A stretch of DNA of 64,000 bases from Candidatus Gastranaerophilales bacterium (GCA_944323365.1 CALUSG010000044.1:5197-69196), one strand, 5' to 3'; shown: positions 9,505 through 19,967, counted from the first letter of the stretch. Numbers and translations are program-made. Notes: generated by a model from the letters alone, not told the origin.

Positions 9505-10557
9505 TTAAATATTCATCAATTTTATTATATCACAAAAATTTGCAGATGTCTTCTTTACATCACAATTTGAAAATTTAATTGCATTATCAGGATCCTTTAA
9601 ACCATTACCGGTCAAAACACAGACAATTTTTGACCCTTTTTCAATTTTATCTTTAAATTTAATTAATCCTGCAACAGAAGCAGCACTGGCCGGTTCTGCC
9701 AAAACACCTTCACAGGCCGCTATAAGTTTATATGCTTTAATAATTTCTTCATCGGAAACAAAATTAATCATTCCCATACTTTCATCACGAGCAGCTTCAG
9801 CTTGCACCCAGCTTGCCGGGTTTCCTATTCTTATTGCTGTTGCAATAGTTTCAGGATGCATTATTCTTTCCCCCTTAACTATAGCAGCAGACCCCTCTGC
9901 TTCAAATCCCATCATTTTTGGCAACTTTTTAGATTTACCAAGTGAATAAAATTCTTTATACCCCTTCCAATATGCAGTAATATTGCCGGCATTACCTACA
10001 GGTATAAAATGATAGTCCGGAGCCTCGCCTAATGCATTACAAATTTCAAATGCACCTGTTTTTTGACCTTCAATTCTGTATGGATTAACTGAATTGACAA
10101 GTGTAATCGGATAATCATCCGCTATTTTACGAACCATTTCAAGTGCTTCATCAAAATTCCCTTGAATAGCAATAATTTCAGCACCATACATCATTGCCTG
10201 CGAAAGCTTACCCAATGCAATATATCCATCAGGTATTAAAACATATGTTTTTAATCCTGCTCTAGCCCCATATGCAGCCGCTGAAGCACTTGTATTACCG
10301 GTTGAAGCACATATAATTGCTTCTGAACCTTCTTCTTTTGCTTTTGAAACGGCCATTGTCATGCCACGGTCTTTAAAACTTCCTGTCGGATTTGAACCCT
10401 CAAATTTTAAATAAATCTCAGCGTCTATTCCTATTTTCTTTACTAAATTATCTGCTTTTATCAAAGGTGTATTACCTTCGTTCAAAGTGATAACAGGTGT
10501 CTTATCCGTCACCGGCAGAAATTCTTTAAATGTATTTATAATCCCTTGATAATACAT
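9505..10557 (-). CDS. thrC: threonine synthase
   Basis: PLP-lysine motif [14 protein letters not shown]; length and overall pattern of ThrC. Confidence 0.9.
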   Translation of the reverse strand: MYYQGIINTFKEFLPVTDKTPVITLNEGNTPLIKADNLVKKIGIDAEIYLKFEGSNPTGSFKDRGMTMAVSKAKEEGSEAIICASTGNTSASAAAYGARAGLKTYVLIPDGYIALGKLSQAMMYGAEIIAIQGNFDEALEMVRKIADDYPITLVNSVNPYRIEGQKTGAFEICNALGEAPDYHFIPVGNAGNITAYWKGYKEFYSLGKSKKLPKMMGFEAEGSAAIVKGERIMHPETIATAIRIGNPASWVQAEAARDESMGMINFVSDEEIIKAYKLIAACEGVLAEPASAASVAGLIKFKDKIEKGSKIVCVLTGNGLKDPDNAIKFSNCDVKKTSANFCDIIKLMNI

Positions 10558-10572
10558 AATTTTTTCCCTTTT

Positions 10573-11850
10573 TTATATTTGAACTCTTATCAAACTATTA
10601 ACATTATTAATAAATTGACTATTCTTAAACGCATTTACTGCATTTTGCATATCTTTTTCCCTGCATAATTCAGTAATAACGGTAATATCCGCAGTATTAT
10701 TTTCAGAAACATTTTTTTGTACAATACTTTCCAAACTAATATTGCACTCCGCACAAATATTTCCGATATTTCCAATTACACCTTTATTATTTTTAGCATT
10801 TAAAGAAAGATAATATTTATTTTGTGTATCAGAAATTTCTATATTTTTTGCAGGTTCTTGATGATTACATCTCATCATAGGTAAAAGATAATCTGTTTTA
10901 TCGAGTTCAGCCGCAATAATCAAAATATCACCCACAACCGAACTTGCTGTAGGGAATTCACCAGCTCCCGGGCCTGAAAGTGTTATATGGCCTATGGGAT
11001 GTCCGGTCAAACTTACTGCATTTGTTACATAATCTATATGTGCAAGAGTAGAATCTTTTGAAATCAACATAGGATGAACTCTTACATCAGCATACCCATT
11101 TTCATCCATTTTTGCAGATGCGACAAGTTTAATCTTATAACCCAAATCATTAGCAGCCTTCATGTCTTCTGCACGAACTTTTGTAATGCCTTCTCTATAT
11201 ACATTTTCTAATTTTATACGTTTTTTAAACGCTAAAGTTGCAAGCGTTGTAATTTTATATGCAGCATCAAATCCTTCAACATCACCTGTAGGATCAGTTT
11301 CTGCATAACCTAATTCCTGTGCCTCTCTTAAAACATCATCGTATGAAGCACCCTGAATGTCCATTTTTGTCAGAATATAATTTGTTGTGCCATTTAATAT
11401 CGCCTCAATTTTACTAATTTTATTTCCGGCAAGAATTGTTTTGATAGGCATAATAATAGGAATCCCGCCTGCAATTGCTGCTTCATAAAGAATAACCTTA
11501 TTATGTTCTTCTGCAAAATTGAACAGCTCAACGCCATGTTTTGCAAGAAGTTCTTTGTTTGCTGTTACGATATGTTTACCGTTCTGTATTGCCGTTTTTA
11601 TTAAGTCTAATGCAGGATCTAAACCTCCAATAAGCTCACATACTATATCTATTTCCGGATTATTTACTACCTCATAAGGATCATCCGTCACTATTTTTTC
11701 GTCCAAATTAGGAATATTTCGTTTTTTATTTTTATTTTTTACGGCAATTTTTATTACTTCTATATTATCAAAATTCTTTAGAGTCTTGAAAACCCCTGAA
11801 CCAACTGTTCCTAAACCTATTAACCCTATTTTAATCTTTTTATTTTCCAT
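10573..11850 (-). CDS. hom: homoserine dehydrogenase with C-terminal ACT domain
   Basis: GLIGLGTVGSG NAD loop; ILNGTTNYIL and AETDPTGDVEGFDAAYK catalytic core. Confidence 0.9.
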   Translation of the reverse strand: MENKKIKIGLIGLGTVGSGVFKTLKNFDNIEVIKIAVKNKNKKRNIPNLDEKIVTDDPYEVVNNPEIDIVCELIGGLDPALDLIKTAIQNGKHIVTANKELLAKHGVELFNFAEEHNKVILYEAAIAGGIPIIMPIKTILAGNKISKIEAILNGTTNYILTKMDIQGASYDDVLREAQELGYAETDPTGDVEGFDAAYKITTLATLAFKKRIKLENVYREGITKVRAEDMKAANDLGYKIKLVASAKMDENGYADVRVHPMLISKDSTLAHIDYVTNAVSLTGHPIGHITLSGPGAGEFPTASSVVGDILIIAAELDKTDYLLPMMRCNHQEPAKNIEISDTQNKYYLSLNAKNNKGVIGNIGNICAECNISLESIVQKNVSENNTADITVITELCREKDMQNAVNAFKNSQFINNVNSLIRVQI

Positions 11851-11959
11851 ACGAAAATTATAACATAAATTATTTTTATATATTATAAAATCTCAACAAT
11901 AATATCTAAAACTTGTTTAAATTTTTCATCAATCCGCTCATAGAAAAGAGTTAACGAAC

Positions 11960-11987
11960 TTGACCAAATGCCAAAAAAAGTTACAAT
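11960..11987 (+). promoter_or_regulatory. sigma-70-type promoter giving a leaderless GH35 mRNA
   Basis: TTGACC (11960-65), N16, TACAAT (11982-87), then 6 nt to ATG 11994. No SD. Confidence 0.55.
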
Positions 11988-11993
11988 AGAGTA

Positions 11994-14405
11994 ATGGAGA
12001 TTACATTTGACAAACATTCTCTGATAATTGACGGCAAACGGGTGTTTATAAAAAGCGGAGCGTTTCATTATTTTAGAACACCTGGTTATGAAATGGCATT
12101 AGATAGATTTGCGAAGATGAAATCCGGAGGTTACAACACAGTTGATATATACTTCAACTGGAATTACCACAGCAAAAATCCCGGAGAATATGACTTCAAT
12201 GGAATAAAAGATGTCAGAAAAGTTTTGCAAGCGGCCAGTGAGGTTGGTTTATACGTTATAGCACGACCCGGTCCGTTTATTAACGGTGAAGTTAATGCAG
12301 GCGGATTACCTTTTTGGCTTTTAAAAATGGAAGATGTTATTCCGAGAAACAGAATCGGTACCGAGTATCATTACTCTGAAAAATACATGCAATATATAGA
12401 AGAATGGTATGATAATATAATTCCTATTATAAAAGAATTTGACAATGTAATTTTATTTCAGATAGAAAATGAATACGCAACAGACACAATGGAAGAAGAT
12501 TACATGCGTCAATTATACAAAATGGCACGTGAAAAAGGTATAACATGCCCTATATTTCATAATGACGCTTATTTTGCCGGACTATGGGCGGATGTTGTAG
12601 ATATATACGCACTTGATTTATATCCGTATATAAATCCAAACCAAAACTGGAAACAGGATAATTTTTGTTTTGATACACTTGATAATGTAGAAGAAATCTT
12701 CAGAGGTGCAAAAGAAAATTCCCCCGGATTTATTGCAGAAATGCAGTCAGGCTGGTTTGACAAATGGGATGGTTCAGGATACAGACATATTAGAGAGGCT
12801 CTTGGAGATGAACATATAAATATAATGACCAAAACTGCACTTTCACAAGGTGTTACTCTTTTTAATCATTATATGGCTGTTGGCGGAACATCCTGGGATA
12901 ATTTAGCTTGCGATGAAGTTTATACCAGTTATGAATTTACAGCCCCTATCGATGAATTTGGTATCCCTCAAAGCAACTTTTTCAAAGCTAAAGCAATAAA
13001 TTATTTTCTTGACTCATTTGATTTTACAAATACTGATGCAATACCATTTGAATTCAATCAAGAAAATATTTACACGAAACTCCGACATGACAATATAAAC
13101 GACTGTGACTGGCTTTTTGTAAGAAACATGAATTCTGAAACTGTTGAGCTGGATTTACAAAAAACAATCAAATTAAAACCTTATGATATGAAAATTTGTC
13201 CTGTAAATCTCAAATTAAAAGGCTGCGAAATTGAATTTTCGGACGTAGAAATCTTTGCTAGACTATATGATAAAAATGAAGAAGTAATTTTTATGATAGC
13301 AGATAAAGAAGCAAATATTTATTTAAAAGATCAAGGCATAATTTCAGGCGACAAAAAAGATTATGATAACCTGACGTTTGAAAAAAACGGCAAAAAAACC
13401 CAATTTGTTTTTCTGACAAAACGTCTTGCAGACAGAAGCTGGTTGTTAAAAGATAAATTGATTTTTAATGCTGATTATGTACTTCCAAACGGTGCTGCAG
13501 CACTAGAAAGAAATACTGAAATTGCATATTATGATTTAAAACATAAATTTGCTAAAAAATATTGTGTTGTAAATGAATTTAACGACTATGCAAAGCCTGA
13601 AATTATAAAAGATTTTTTGATTGATTTTTGTTCTCCTGAAATTGATACTCACTATAATTACAAAAACTGGAAAAAAATAGGAGAGAAAACAGATTCACTT
13701 TCATGCGGTCTTTATGATGAATTTATTTGGTACAAAGCAAAAATCCCGAATAATCTTGAAGAAATAACGCTTAGTGCACGTCATCTTTTTGCGGTATATA
13801 TAAACGGAAAAGAAATTCTAAACCGAAACAGCTACAAAATCGAAAAATTACAAGAAATACCTGAAACTATTTCAATCCCGCTAGATAAAAATATCTTATC
13901 ACGAGATGTAAATGAGCTAACAATTCTTGTACAAAATTTAGGATTTGACAAAGGTTTTTCAGGTGATACAAACTCTCCTCGAGGACTCGTAACTTTTGAA
14001 ACAAATCCCAAAATCCCTGTTGAATTTTATGTTTGTGAAAAACTTGCCATAGAACGAGGTGACACAAGAGAAAGCGAAAATCCTTATCTTACTAAAATTA
14101 CTGTAAATTTTGATATTGACTTTAAAGATGATGTATTTTTTGCAAAATATTTATCACTGGAAAATTTTTGGTATAGAAGAGCAACAATTTTCTTAAATGG
14201 TGTAAAAATAGGCAGATATATAAAACGCACACACGTTCAAGACAAATTTTATCTCATAAACGAATTTTTAAAACCGCATAATACCCTGGAAATAATCATT
14301 TGGGAAAAAGATAGAAATATAAAATCCCCATGGGGCTTTAAATCTGACATGAAAAATGTTATAATACAAATAGGTACACAAAAAATGTACCAGTTATTTA
14401 AGTAA
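11994..14405 (+). CDS. glycoside hydrolase family 35 beta-galactosidase
   Basis: NAGGLPFWL and catalytic QIENEY in an N-terminal TIM barrel; long beta-sandwich C-terminal region. Confidence 0.85.
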   Translation: MEITFDKHSLIIDGKRVFIKSGAFHYFRTPGYEMALDRFAKMKSGGYNTVDIYFNWNYHSKNPGEYDFNGIKDVRKVLQAASEVGLYVIARPGPFINGEVNAGGLPFWLLKMEDVIPRNRIGTEYHYSEKYMQYIEEWYDNIIPIIKEFDNVILFQIENEYATDTMEEDYMRQLYKMAREKGITCPIFHNDAYFAGLWADVVDIYALDLYPYINPNQNWKQDNFCFDTLDNVEEIFRGAKENSPGFIAEMQSGWFDKWDGSGYRHIREALGDEHINIMTKTALSQGVTLFNHYMAVGGTSWDNLACDEVYTSYEFTAPIDEFGIPQSNFFKAKAINYFLDSFDFTNTDAIPFEFNQENIYTKLRHDNINDCDWLFVRNMNSETVELDLQKTIKLKPYDMKICPVNLKLKGCEIEFSDVEIFARLYDKNEEVIFMIADKEANIYLKDQGIISGDKKDYDNLTFEKNGKKTQFVFLTKRLADRSWLLKDKLIFNADYVLPNGAAALERNTEIAYYDLKHKFAKKYCVVNEFNDYAKPEIIKDFLIDFCSPEIDTHYNYKNWKKIGEKTDSLSCGLYDEFIWYKAKIPNNLEEITLSARHLFAVYINGKEILNRNSYKIEKLQEIPETISIPLDKNILSRDVNELTILVQNLGFDKGFSGDTNSPRGLVTFETNPKIPVEFYVCEKLAIERGDTRESENPYLTKITVNFDIDFKDDVFFAKYLSLENFWYRRATIFLNGVKIGRYIKRTHVQDKFYLINEFLKPHNTLEIIIWEKDRNIKSPWGFKSDMKNVIIQIGTQKMYQLFK

Positions 14406-14448
14406 TAGCATCATTGTTAAGAATAGTCTAAGAAAAGAGGTATTTGAG

Positions 14449-14814
14449 ATGGTTGTTGTTCCCGAATTTTTAATCAGACGAGTTTACAAAAAAGGTTCTT
14501 TAAAAAAAATTGAAAATGGAGCAAGTTTAGATTTAAAAAATGTATTGGGACCAGGTTTTATAAGCGGCTTTAATTATGTAAAAATTAATGAAATAGTATT
14601 TGAACCAAAAGATGTTAAATTTATTACTGCCGGTCAAGAACTTGCCGGAGACAGTGTATCAGAAGCAAATCCGGTAGCTTTCAGATTAAACCAGGAAGGA
14701 ACACTCGTTATGCAGGGTAAAGACTGTGTTGTTGAAGGCAAAAATAAAATTGTAATTGAAGTCATGAACCCTGAGGCCGGTAAAGTACAACTCACCGTTG
14801 AAGATATAGCCTAA
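14449..14814 (+). CDS. hypothetical protein
   Basis: AGAGG SD 9 nt upstream of the ATG; no recognisable motif. Confidence 0.5.
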   Translation: MVVVPEFLIRRVYKKGSLKKIENGASLDLKNVLGPGFISGFNYVKINEIVFEPKDVKFITAGQELAGDSVSEANPVAFRLNQEGTLVMQGKDCVVEGKNKIVIEVMNPEAGKVQLTVEDIA

Positions 14815-16682
14815 ACACTTGTTGAAAGTGATGGAGCTATTGATATAAAATGTCTAACCAAATCAGCATCCCATTGAGTTCCAGCACCTAATTTCAATAT
14901 TTCACAAGCTTTTTCAACAGGCATACCCTTACGATAAGGTCTGTCACTAATTAATGCGTGATAAGCATCGGCAACAGAAACAATTCTTGCCGCAAGCGGA
15001 ATACCTTCACCTTTTAACTGTTCCGGATAACCTTTACCATCTATTCTTTCATGGTGGTATTTAACAATAGGTATTAAATCTCTTAGTGCTTCATTAGGCT
15101 CAAGTACTTTTTCCGCACCAATTGTCGGATGTTGTTTCATTATTTCCCACTCATCATCAAGCAGTTTATCAGGCTTTTTCAACACACTTTCGGGAATACC
15201 TATTTTGCCGACATCATGTAATAATGCCCCAAGCTTAATTCTTTCGACTTCTTCTTCAGGTAAATTAATAGCCCGGGCTAATGCCTCTGCATACCTTGAA
15301 ACAGAGGTAGAATGGTCTTTGGTATATGGATCTTTAGCATCTATTGCCCCTGCTAATGATGTTGCCATCTCCATCAAATGATTTTGAGATTTTATTTGTT
15401 CATTGTTAAACTTGTGTAGTAATTCTTCTTCAAAATTAATTCCAATTTGAGCATGACGTTTCGCTAAAATTTCAGCAAATGAATTCAATGCAACATCATC
15501 CCAAAAATTGTAATCCGAAGAACTAATTATTGCAGACATACCTTCTTTATAACCCTTTGCCTGAGATATATACATAGCTTGCTCTGCTAAAATCAAAAGT
15601 TTTTCCTGATCCTTTGTACATTCCGGATATGTAGAAATTCCTACTGATACTTTTACAGGGCCTACATCATCAACAAAACAACAAGAAAGACAGTACGTTA
15701 TATATTCCGCTAAATATTTTGCTTCAGCTGTATCTGTATTAGGCATTATTATTGCTATTTCATCACCACCGTAACGACCTGCACTATCAGATGGTCTAAT
15801 ATTTTGTTTAACTTTTTCAGCAACAAGTTTTATTACTTCATCACCCTTGGCATGTCCGAGTTCCCTATTTATTTTAGAAATGTTGTTAACATCAAGCATT
15901 ACAATAGATAAATGTGTTTTATTTTCTTCGGCCTTTTGAATTTGTGCAGAAAGAATTTCTTGGAATCCTCTATGATTGTATAAAGAGGTTAAAGTATCAG
16001 TATTTGCATATTTATTAGTTTTTGTCAATAATTCTGCATTATGCATATACATTGCCAAGTGATTGGCAAAAAATTCCAATAATCCGACATTTAAATCCGT
16101 ATTTTCTTTTCCTAAAATAAAGACTCCTATGCATTGATTTTTAGAAACCATTGGAATCATAAATGCAGCTGAATTTTGCATATATGGAATATTTAAAAAC
16201 TTAACGTCATTTTTTGACACACAGCTAACAGTTTTAAAAGCCTCTACAACAGAGTTAGTGTCGTCAGATAATAAAATTTTAGACGAATATGTTTCACCAC
16301 GTTTTGTATATAATTTTAAATTAAGACATTTTGACTGTTCATGAAAAATAGCAAAGGCCGTAAAATTACTGTCCATTTTTTCTTTAAAAGTATTATTTAC
16401 CTTACTGAATAAATCATTAAGCCCCTCTGCATCTTTAAAATTTTGATTTAATTCCTGTAAAAGCTCAGAGTAATCAACGACTTTATGAGATGTGGAAATA
16501 GGTGACGTCATCCCGCCTGAAAATAGACGATTCGTTGTTCTAAATGCATTAAAATTATTAATTTTAGCAACAATATCACCCGTTTTTTCAGCAAGAGGAT
16601 TTGTTGCTCTGCTAGAAACAGAGGCGGAATTTAAAGACTTTTTAGAAGTCTGTTTTTTAGAATCTTTTATATTTTTTTCCAA
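14811..16682 (-). CDS. GAF-GGDEF-HD-GYP multidomain c-di-GMP signalling protein
   Basis: RPSD-x5-GGDEI (I-site plus variant GGDEF), then HDVGK and HHERIDGKGYP (HD-GYP). TTG start preceded by AGGTGG. Confidence 0.85.
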   Translation of the reverse strand: MEKNIKDSKKQTSKKSLNSASVSSRATNPLAEKTGDIVAKINNFNAFRTTNRLFSGGMTSPISTSHKVVDYSELLQELNQNFKDAEGLNDLFSKVNNTFKEKMDSNFTAFAIFHEQSKCLNLKLYTKRGETYSSKILLSDDTNSVVEAFKTVSCVSKNDVKFLNIPYMQNSAAFMIPMVSKNQCIGVFILGKENTDLNVGLLEFFANHLAMYMHNAELLTKTNKYANTDTLTSLYNHRGFQEILSAQIQKAEENKTHLSIVMLDVNNISKINRELGHAKGDEVIKLVAEKVKQNIRPSDSAGRYGGDEIAIIMPNTDTAEAKYLAEYITYCLSCCFVDDVGPVKVSVGISTYPECTKDQEKLLILAEQAMYISQAKGYKEGMSAIISSSDYNFWDDVALNSFAEILAKRHAQIGINFEEELLHKFNNEQIKSQNHLMEMATSLAGAIDAKDPYTKDHSTSVSRYAEALARAINLPEEEVERIKLGALLHDVGKIGIPESVLKKPDKLLDDEWEIMKQHPTIGAEKVLEPNEALRDLIPIVKYHHERIDGKGYPEQLKGEGIPLAARIVSVADAYHALISDRPYRKGMPVEKACEILKLGAGTQWDADLVRHFISIAPSLSTSV

Positions 16683-17026
16683 TACCGATTTCCACCTACA
16701 TTTTATTTAAAACCATGTGACACAAAGTTTTTGTTAAAATTAAACACAAATTTAACATTACTTAAGATAATTTTACAACATCTCTTTTTAAATGCAATAC
16801 GCTATTTAGATGGTAACTGTTATTAATAATTAATACTATCTAAACAACATAGCTAGAATGTTTGCGAACAAAGACTAGATTTTATTTGTCTATGATAAAA
16901 TTCTATCCACTAAACATGTGGGTAATTTACATTACTTTCAAAAAATCAATCAACTGAAACGCCAATTGGAACTTGAAAAAATACTAACGTATTTTTGGGA
17001 GTCTCTCATCAAATCCTACCCACATA

Positions 17027-17058
17027 AAATAAAAAAGACAATAACCGAAGTTATCGTC
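17027..17058 (-). terminator. intrinsic terminator after tRNA-Ala
   Basis: Minus-strand RNA GACGAUAAC-UUCG-GUUAUUGUC (one G.U pair, UUCG tetraloop) followed by UUUUUUAUUUU. Confidence 0.85.
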
Positions 17059-17068
17059 TTTTTTATTT

Positions 17069-17141
17069 TGGAGGTTAGGAGATTCGAACTCCTGACCCCC
17101 TGCGTGCAAAGCAGGTGCTCTACCAGCTGAGCTAAACCCCC
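17069..17141 (-). tRNA. tRNA-Ala (anticodon UGC), CCA not encoded
   Basis: Reverse complement folds as a cloverleaf: acceptor GGGGGTT/AACCTCC with the G3:U70 Ala identity pair, anticodon loop TTTGCAC, T-arm GGAGTTCGAATCTCC. 73 nt. Confidence 0.95.
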
Positions 17142-17184
17142 GAATTTATCTTATTTATTAAGTTAAATTCTTTGCTTAATTCTT

Positions 17185-17212
17185 ATTCTACATGATGAAT
17201 TTTTTTTGTAAA
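17185..17212 (-). promoter_or_regulatory. candidate promoter for tRNA-Ala
   Basis: Minus strand TTTACA (17207-12), N16, TAGAAT (17185-90), about 40 nt upstream of the tRNA 5' end. Confidence 0.4.
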
Positions 17213-17222
17213 GTACCTTGTT

Positions 17223-17576
17223 TCAAATTTTACCATATTGGTTATATATATATTCCAAACGTTCCTTATTATTTATATACCACCAACCTATCAATGTTTC
17301 AAATGCTGTTGCCTGTCTATATTCCGATTGATTTGATCTTCTTGATATCGGAACTTCTAGATTCCTTCCTCGACGGGCAATTTCTTGTTCTTCCTCTGTT
17401 AAATCTTTCTCCATTAATCGCAATAATTCCGCCTGATATGAGGCTTTTACATGATCCGTAGTTACTTTGTGAAGAGTTTTAGCATTGTGTATAGACCATA
17501 CCGTTTGCTCTCTTATATGCAGCTCCCAAACAGCATCTCCTAAATATGCGTAACTTCTCATACTAATCTCTTGCAT
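17223..17576 (-). CDS. mrnC: Mini-ribonuclease 3 (Mini-III)
   Basis: YLGDAVWELHIRE RNase III-like signature without a dsRBD; about 117 aa. Confidence 0.8.
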   Translation of the reverse strand: MQEISMRSYAYLGDAVWELHIREQTVWSIHNAKTLHKVTTDHVKASYQAELLRLMEKDLTEEEQEIARRGRNLEVPISRRSNQSEYRQATAFETLIGWWYINNKERLEYIYNQYGKI

Positions 17577-17653
17577 ATTTTTATATTACTATAAAATTTT
17601 TACAAGTTGTATTTTCTCCCTCATTATGAAATAATTATTCTAAAGGAGTACTT

Positions 17654-18268
17654 ATGAAAAAGAATTTTTTATTTATTTTTGCTATTTGTTTAAGTTTATC
17701 TTTATCGTCAATTTCTTTTGCGGAAGATTCTCAATGCATTACCTCTGAAACTAATTACTCTACAGATAATTCGCTATGTAATTCCGAACCTTCTTGCTTT
17801 AATAATTTACAATCCTATAGAAGTTTCGCAGAACAAATTAAAAAAGAACGCTCAGCGATTTCTAACGCTCTTGGATTGACTGAAGATCAAATGAGATGCA
17901 GAATTGATATCATTAGAAAAAATTCTATGATTTTAGAAGAAAAATTTAGAAGCCTATATAATGAGAACTGTAAACTTACATCTCTTGAAGCTCAAAATGC
18001 TGACAAAAAAGAAATTAAAGCCCAACAAGAACAAATTGAATGTATTAAAGATGAAATTAAAAAAATTATCGATGAAGAAAATGAAGAGTTTGTTAAAGTA
18101 CTAGATCGTCAGCAGCGTGCAAAGTTAAGAATGATTCAAAAACTTGAACATAAAGCCGTTAAAGATCGCAAAAAACAAAAAGATTATTACAAATCTAACC
18201 CTAAAATGAGACCTTTTGCCATGCCGGTTAAATCAAATTGCGATTATGAAACAGGCGACTTGCAATAA
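17654..18268 (+). CDS. secreted coiled-coil protein, possibly Spy/CpxP-like (LTxxQ)
   Basis: Signal peptide; LTEDQ and LDRQQ motifs; GGAG SD. Function is uncertain. Confidence 0.55.
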   Translation: MKKNFLFIFAICLSLSLSSISFAEDSQCITSETNYSTDNSLCNSEPSCFNNLQSYRSFAEQIKKERSAISNALGLTEDQMRCRIDIIRKNSMILEEKFRSLYNENCKLTSLEAQNADKKEIKAQQEQIECIKDEIKKIIDEENEEFVKVLDRQQRAKLRMIQKLEHKAVKDRKKQKDYYKSNPKMRPFAMPVKSNCDYETGDLQ

Positions 18269-18275
18269 CAAACTT

Positions 18276-18557
18276 TCATTCCGTTTGTTTTTTCCATATC
18301 AATTTTTTTATTTTTAAAAGAATGTCCTTCAACCATTCTTTTATATCAAAATTCTCATCTACTTCAAAATCGTAATTACCGCTCATTGTAAACGTATCAA
18401 TTTCAGGTTTTTGAGCAAAAATATTTATTTCTTTTTCTTCTTGCTCTTTTCTGCCTTGACTCATATAGCCCAAGTTTCCCGCACCGCCATCGTTCTGCAT
18501 ATTCGCTGCGGCCTTGATTACCGGCTTTGAACTCAAAACGTTTACATCGAAACTCAT
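18276..18557 (-). CDS. hypothetical small protein
   Basis: 93-aa ORF with no domain; N-terminus MSFDVNVLSSKP resembles other small ORFs here. Confidence 0.45.
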   Translation of the reverse strand: MSFDVNVLSSKPVIKAAANMQNDGGAGNLGYMSQGRKEQEEKEINIFAQKPEIDTFTMSGNYDFEVDENFDIKEWLKDILLKIKKLIWKKQTE

Positions 18558-18656
18558 TTTTTTGTCCCCTTTGTTTTTCCCTATATATATAAAGTATTTT
18601 TCTTAACGAAATGTTACAATTTTATGCGAATTGTAACAAAAAATTTACAATACGTT

Positions 18657-19244
18657 TCAAGCCTCAAATTTAAATACTACCTGTGTTTTAAACCCTATTT
18701 CAAATAAATCTTTTTTTCTTATCCCATAAGTTATGTCGGGAATATATTCATTGTTATTCGGAGTTAAGTAAAATTCTGTAATGTTATTTAGTTGATCATA
18801 ATTTATTCTTATTTTTTTAATTAAATTTACATGAGCTCTATCTAAACCGTCTGCAATCTTTAATATACCCGCTAGACGTTTTACTAATTTTCTTTCTTTT
18901 TTATTAAAATCACAATATACTACGTGTTCACGTTTATCCGGTAAACTTCCTCGATGGTATCTACATATGCATGAAATTAATTCAATTTCTCGTTTTTCAA
19001 ATTTATCTAAACCATTATCTAAAATTAATTTTTGACTATGTTTATGATGACTTTTAGAATCTATAAAATAACCTATATCATGTAATAGTGCAGCATTTTC
19101 TAAAAGTTCTCGCTCACGATTTGACATTTCTTTTAAGGTTTCATTGACACCATCAAAAATCATCATTGAAAGTCTTCTAACTTCATATGGATGTGAAACT
19201 CCGACAGAAAATTTATCCAGCATTTCTTTTGCAGTTAATTTCAT
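18657..19244 (-). CDS. HD-domain protein (resembles the HD region of Ppx/GppA-type proteins)
   Basis: LHDIGYFIDSKSHHKHS motif. Start set to Met15 to avoid overlap with the divergent GGDEF gene. Confidence 0.7.
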   Translation of the reverse strand: MKLTAKEMLDKFSVGVSHPYEVRRLSMMIFDGVNETLKEMSNRERELLENAALLHDIGYFIDSKSHHKHSQKLILDNGLDKFEKREIELISCICRYHRGSLPDKREHVVYCDFNKKERKLVKRLAGILKIADGLDRAHVNLIKKIRINYDQLNNITEFYLTPNNNEYIPDITYGIRKKDLFEIGFKTQVVFKFEA

Positions 19245-19304
19245 ATAATTATATTTTAACAAAAAAACATTATGTATCAATTTCATGATATAATCTTTTT
19301 GACT

Positions 19305-19967
19305 ATGGAAGAAAGACGTAAAAAATCTTTGGGAGCAAATTTTGATTTTCCACCTTCAGTTTTGGATGAAATCCAAAAAAATATTGAAGATATCATCTTA
19401 AATTTTGATATTCCTGAAGCAAACAAGCTTGATGTAATACATAAAATTAACTTTATGTATTCACAAACACGCTACATGTCCGTCACAGACCCCCTAACAG
19501 GTTTATACAACAGAAGACATTTTGAAGATAATTTGGAACGTGAATTTTTACGGGCCAAAAGATATAAAAGTGATTTAAGCTTTGCAATTATTGATATTGA
19601 CTTTTTTAAAACAATTAATGACACATACGGGCATAGCTGTGGAGATTTTATATTAAAAACCATTGCAAATCTTATTCTTGAAACCTTTAGAAAAACAGAC
19701 TTAGTTTTCAGATATGGGGGCGAAGAATTTACTGTAATTATTACAGAAACCTCTATTGAAAATGCTATTATTCCATTAGAAAGATTAAGACAAAATATTG
19801 AAAAATATAACTTTGTTTATGAAGGGAAAAGTATAAAAAATATATCTATAAGTATAGGTGTTGCAGAAGTTAACGATGAATGCCAATCCGTTCATGCACT
19901 TTTTGAACAAGCAGATAAAGCTTTATATAAAGCAAAACAAAACGGCAGAAATCAAATTATGTCATAA
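19305..19967 (+). CDS. GGDEF diguanylate cyclase with I-site
   Basis: RKTD-x5-GGEEF; DPLTGLYNRR. TGaTATAAT (19286-94) lies 10 nt before ATG 19305. The alternative start at 19272 cannot be excluded. Confidence 0.8.
   Translation: MEERRKKSLGANFDFPPSVLDEIQKNIEDIILNFDIPEANKLDVIHKINFMYSQTRYMSVTDPLTGLYNRRHFEDNLEREFLRAKRYKSDLSFAIIDIDFFKTINDTYGHSCGDFILKTIANLILETFRKTDLVFRYGGEEFTVIITETSIENAIIPLERLRQNIEKYNFVYEGKSIKNISISIGVAEVNDECQSVHALFEQADKALYKAKQNGRNQIMS

Noticed and set aside
16918-17130. 70-aa plus-strand ORF
   Set aside because: It runs through the tRNA-Ala terminator and into the tRNA gene on the opposite strand, and has no SD.
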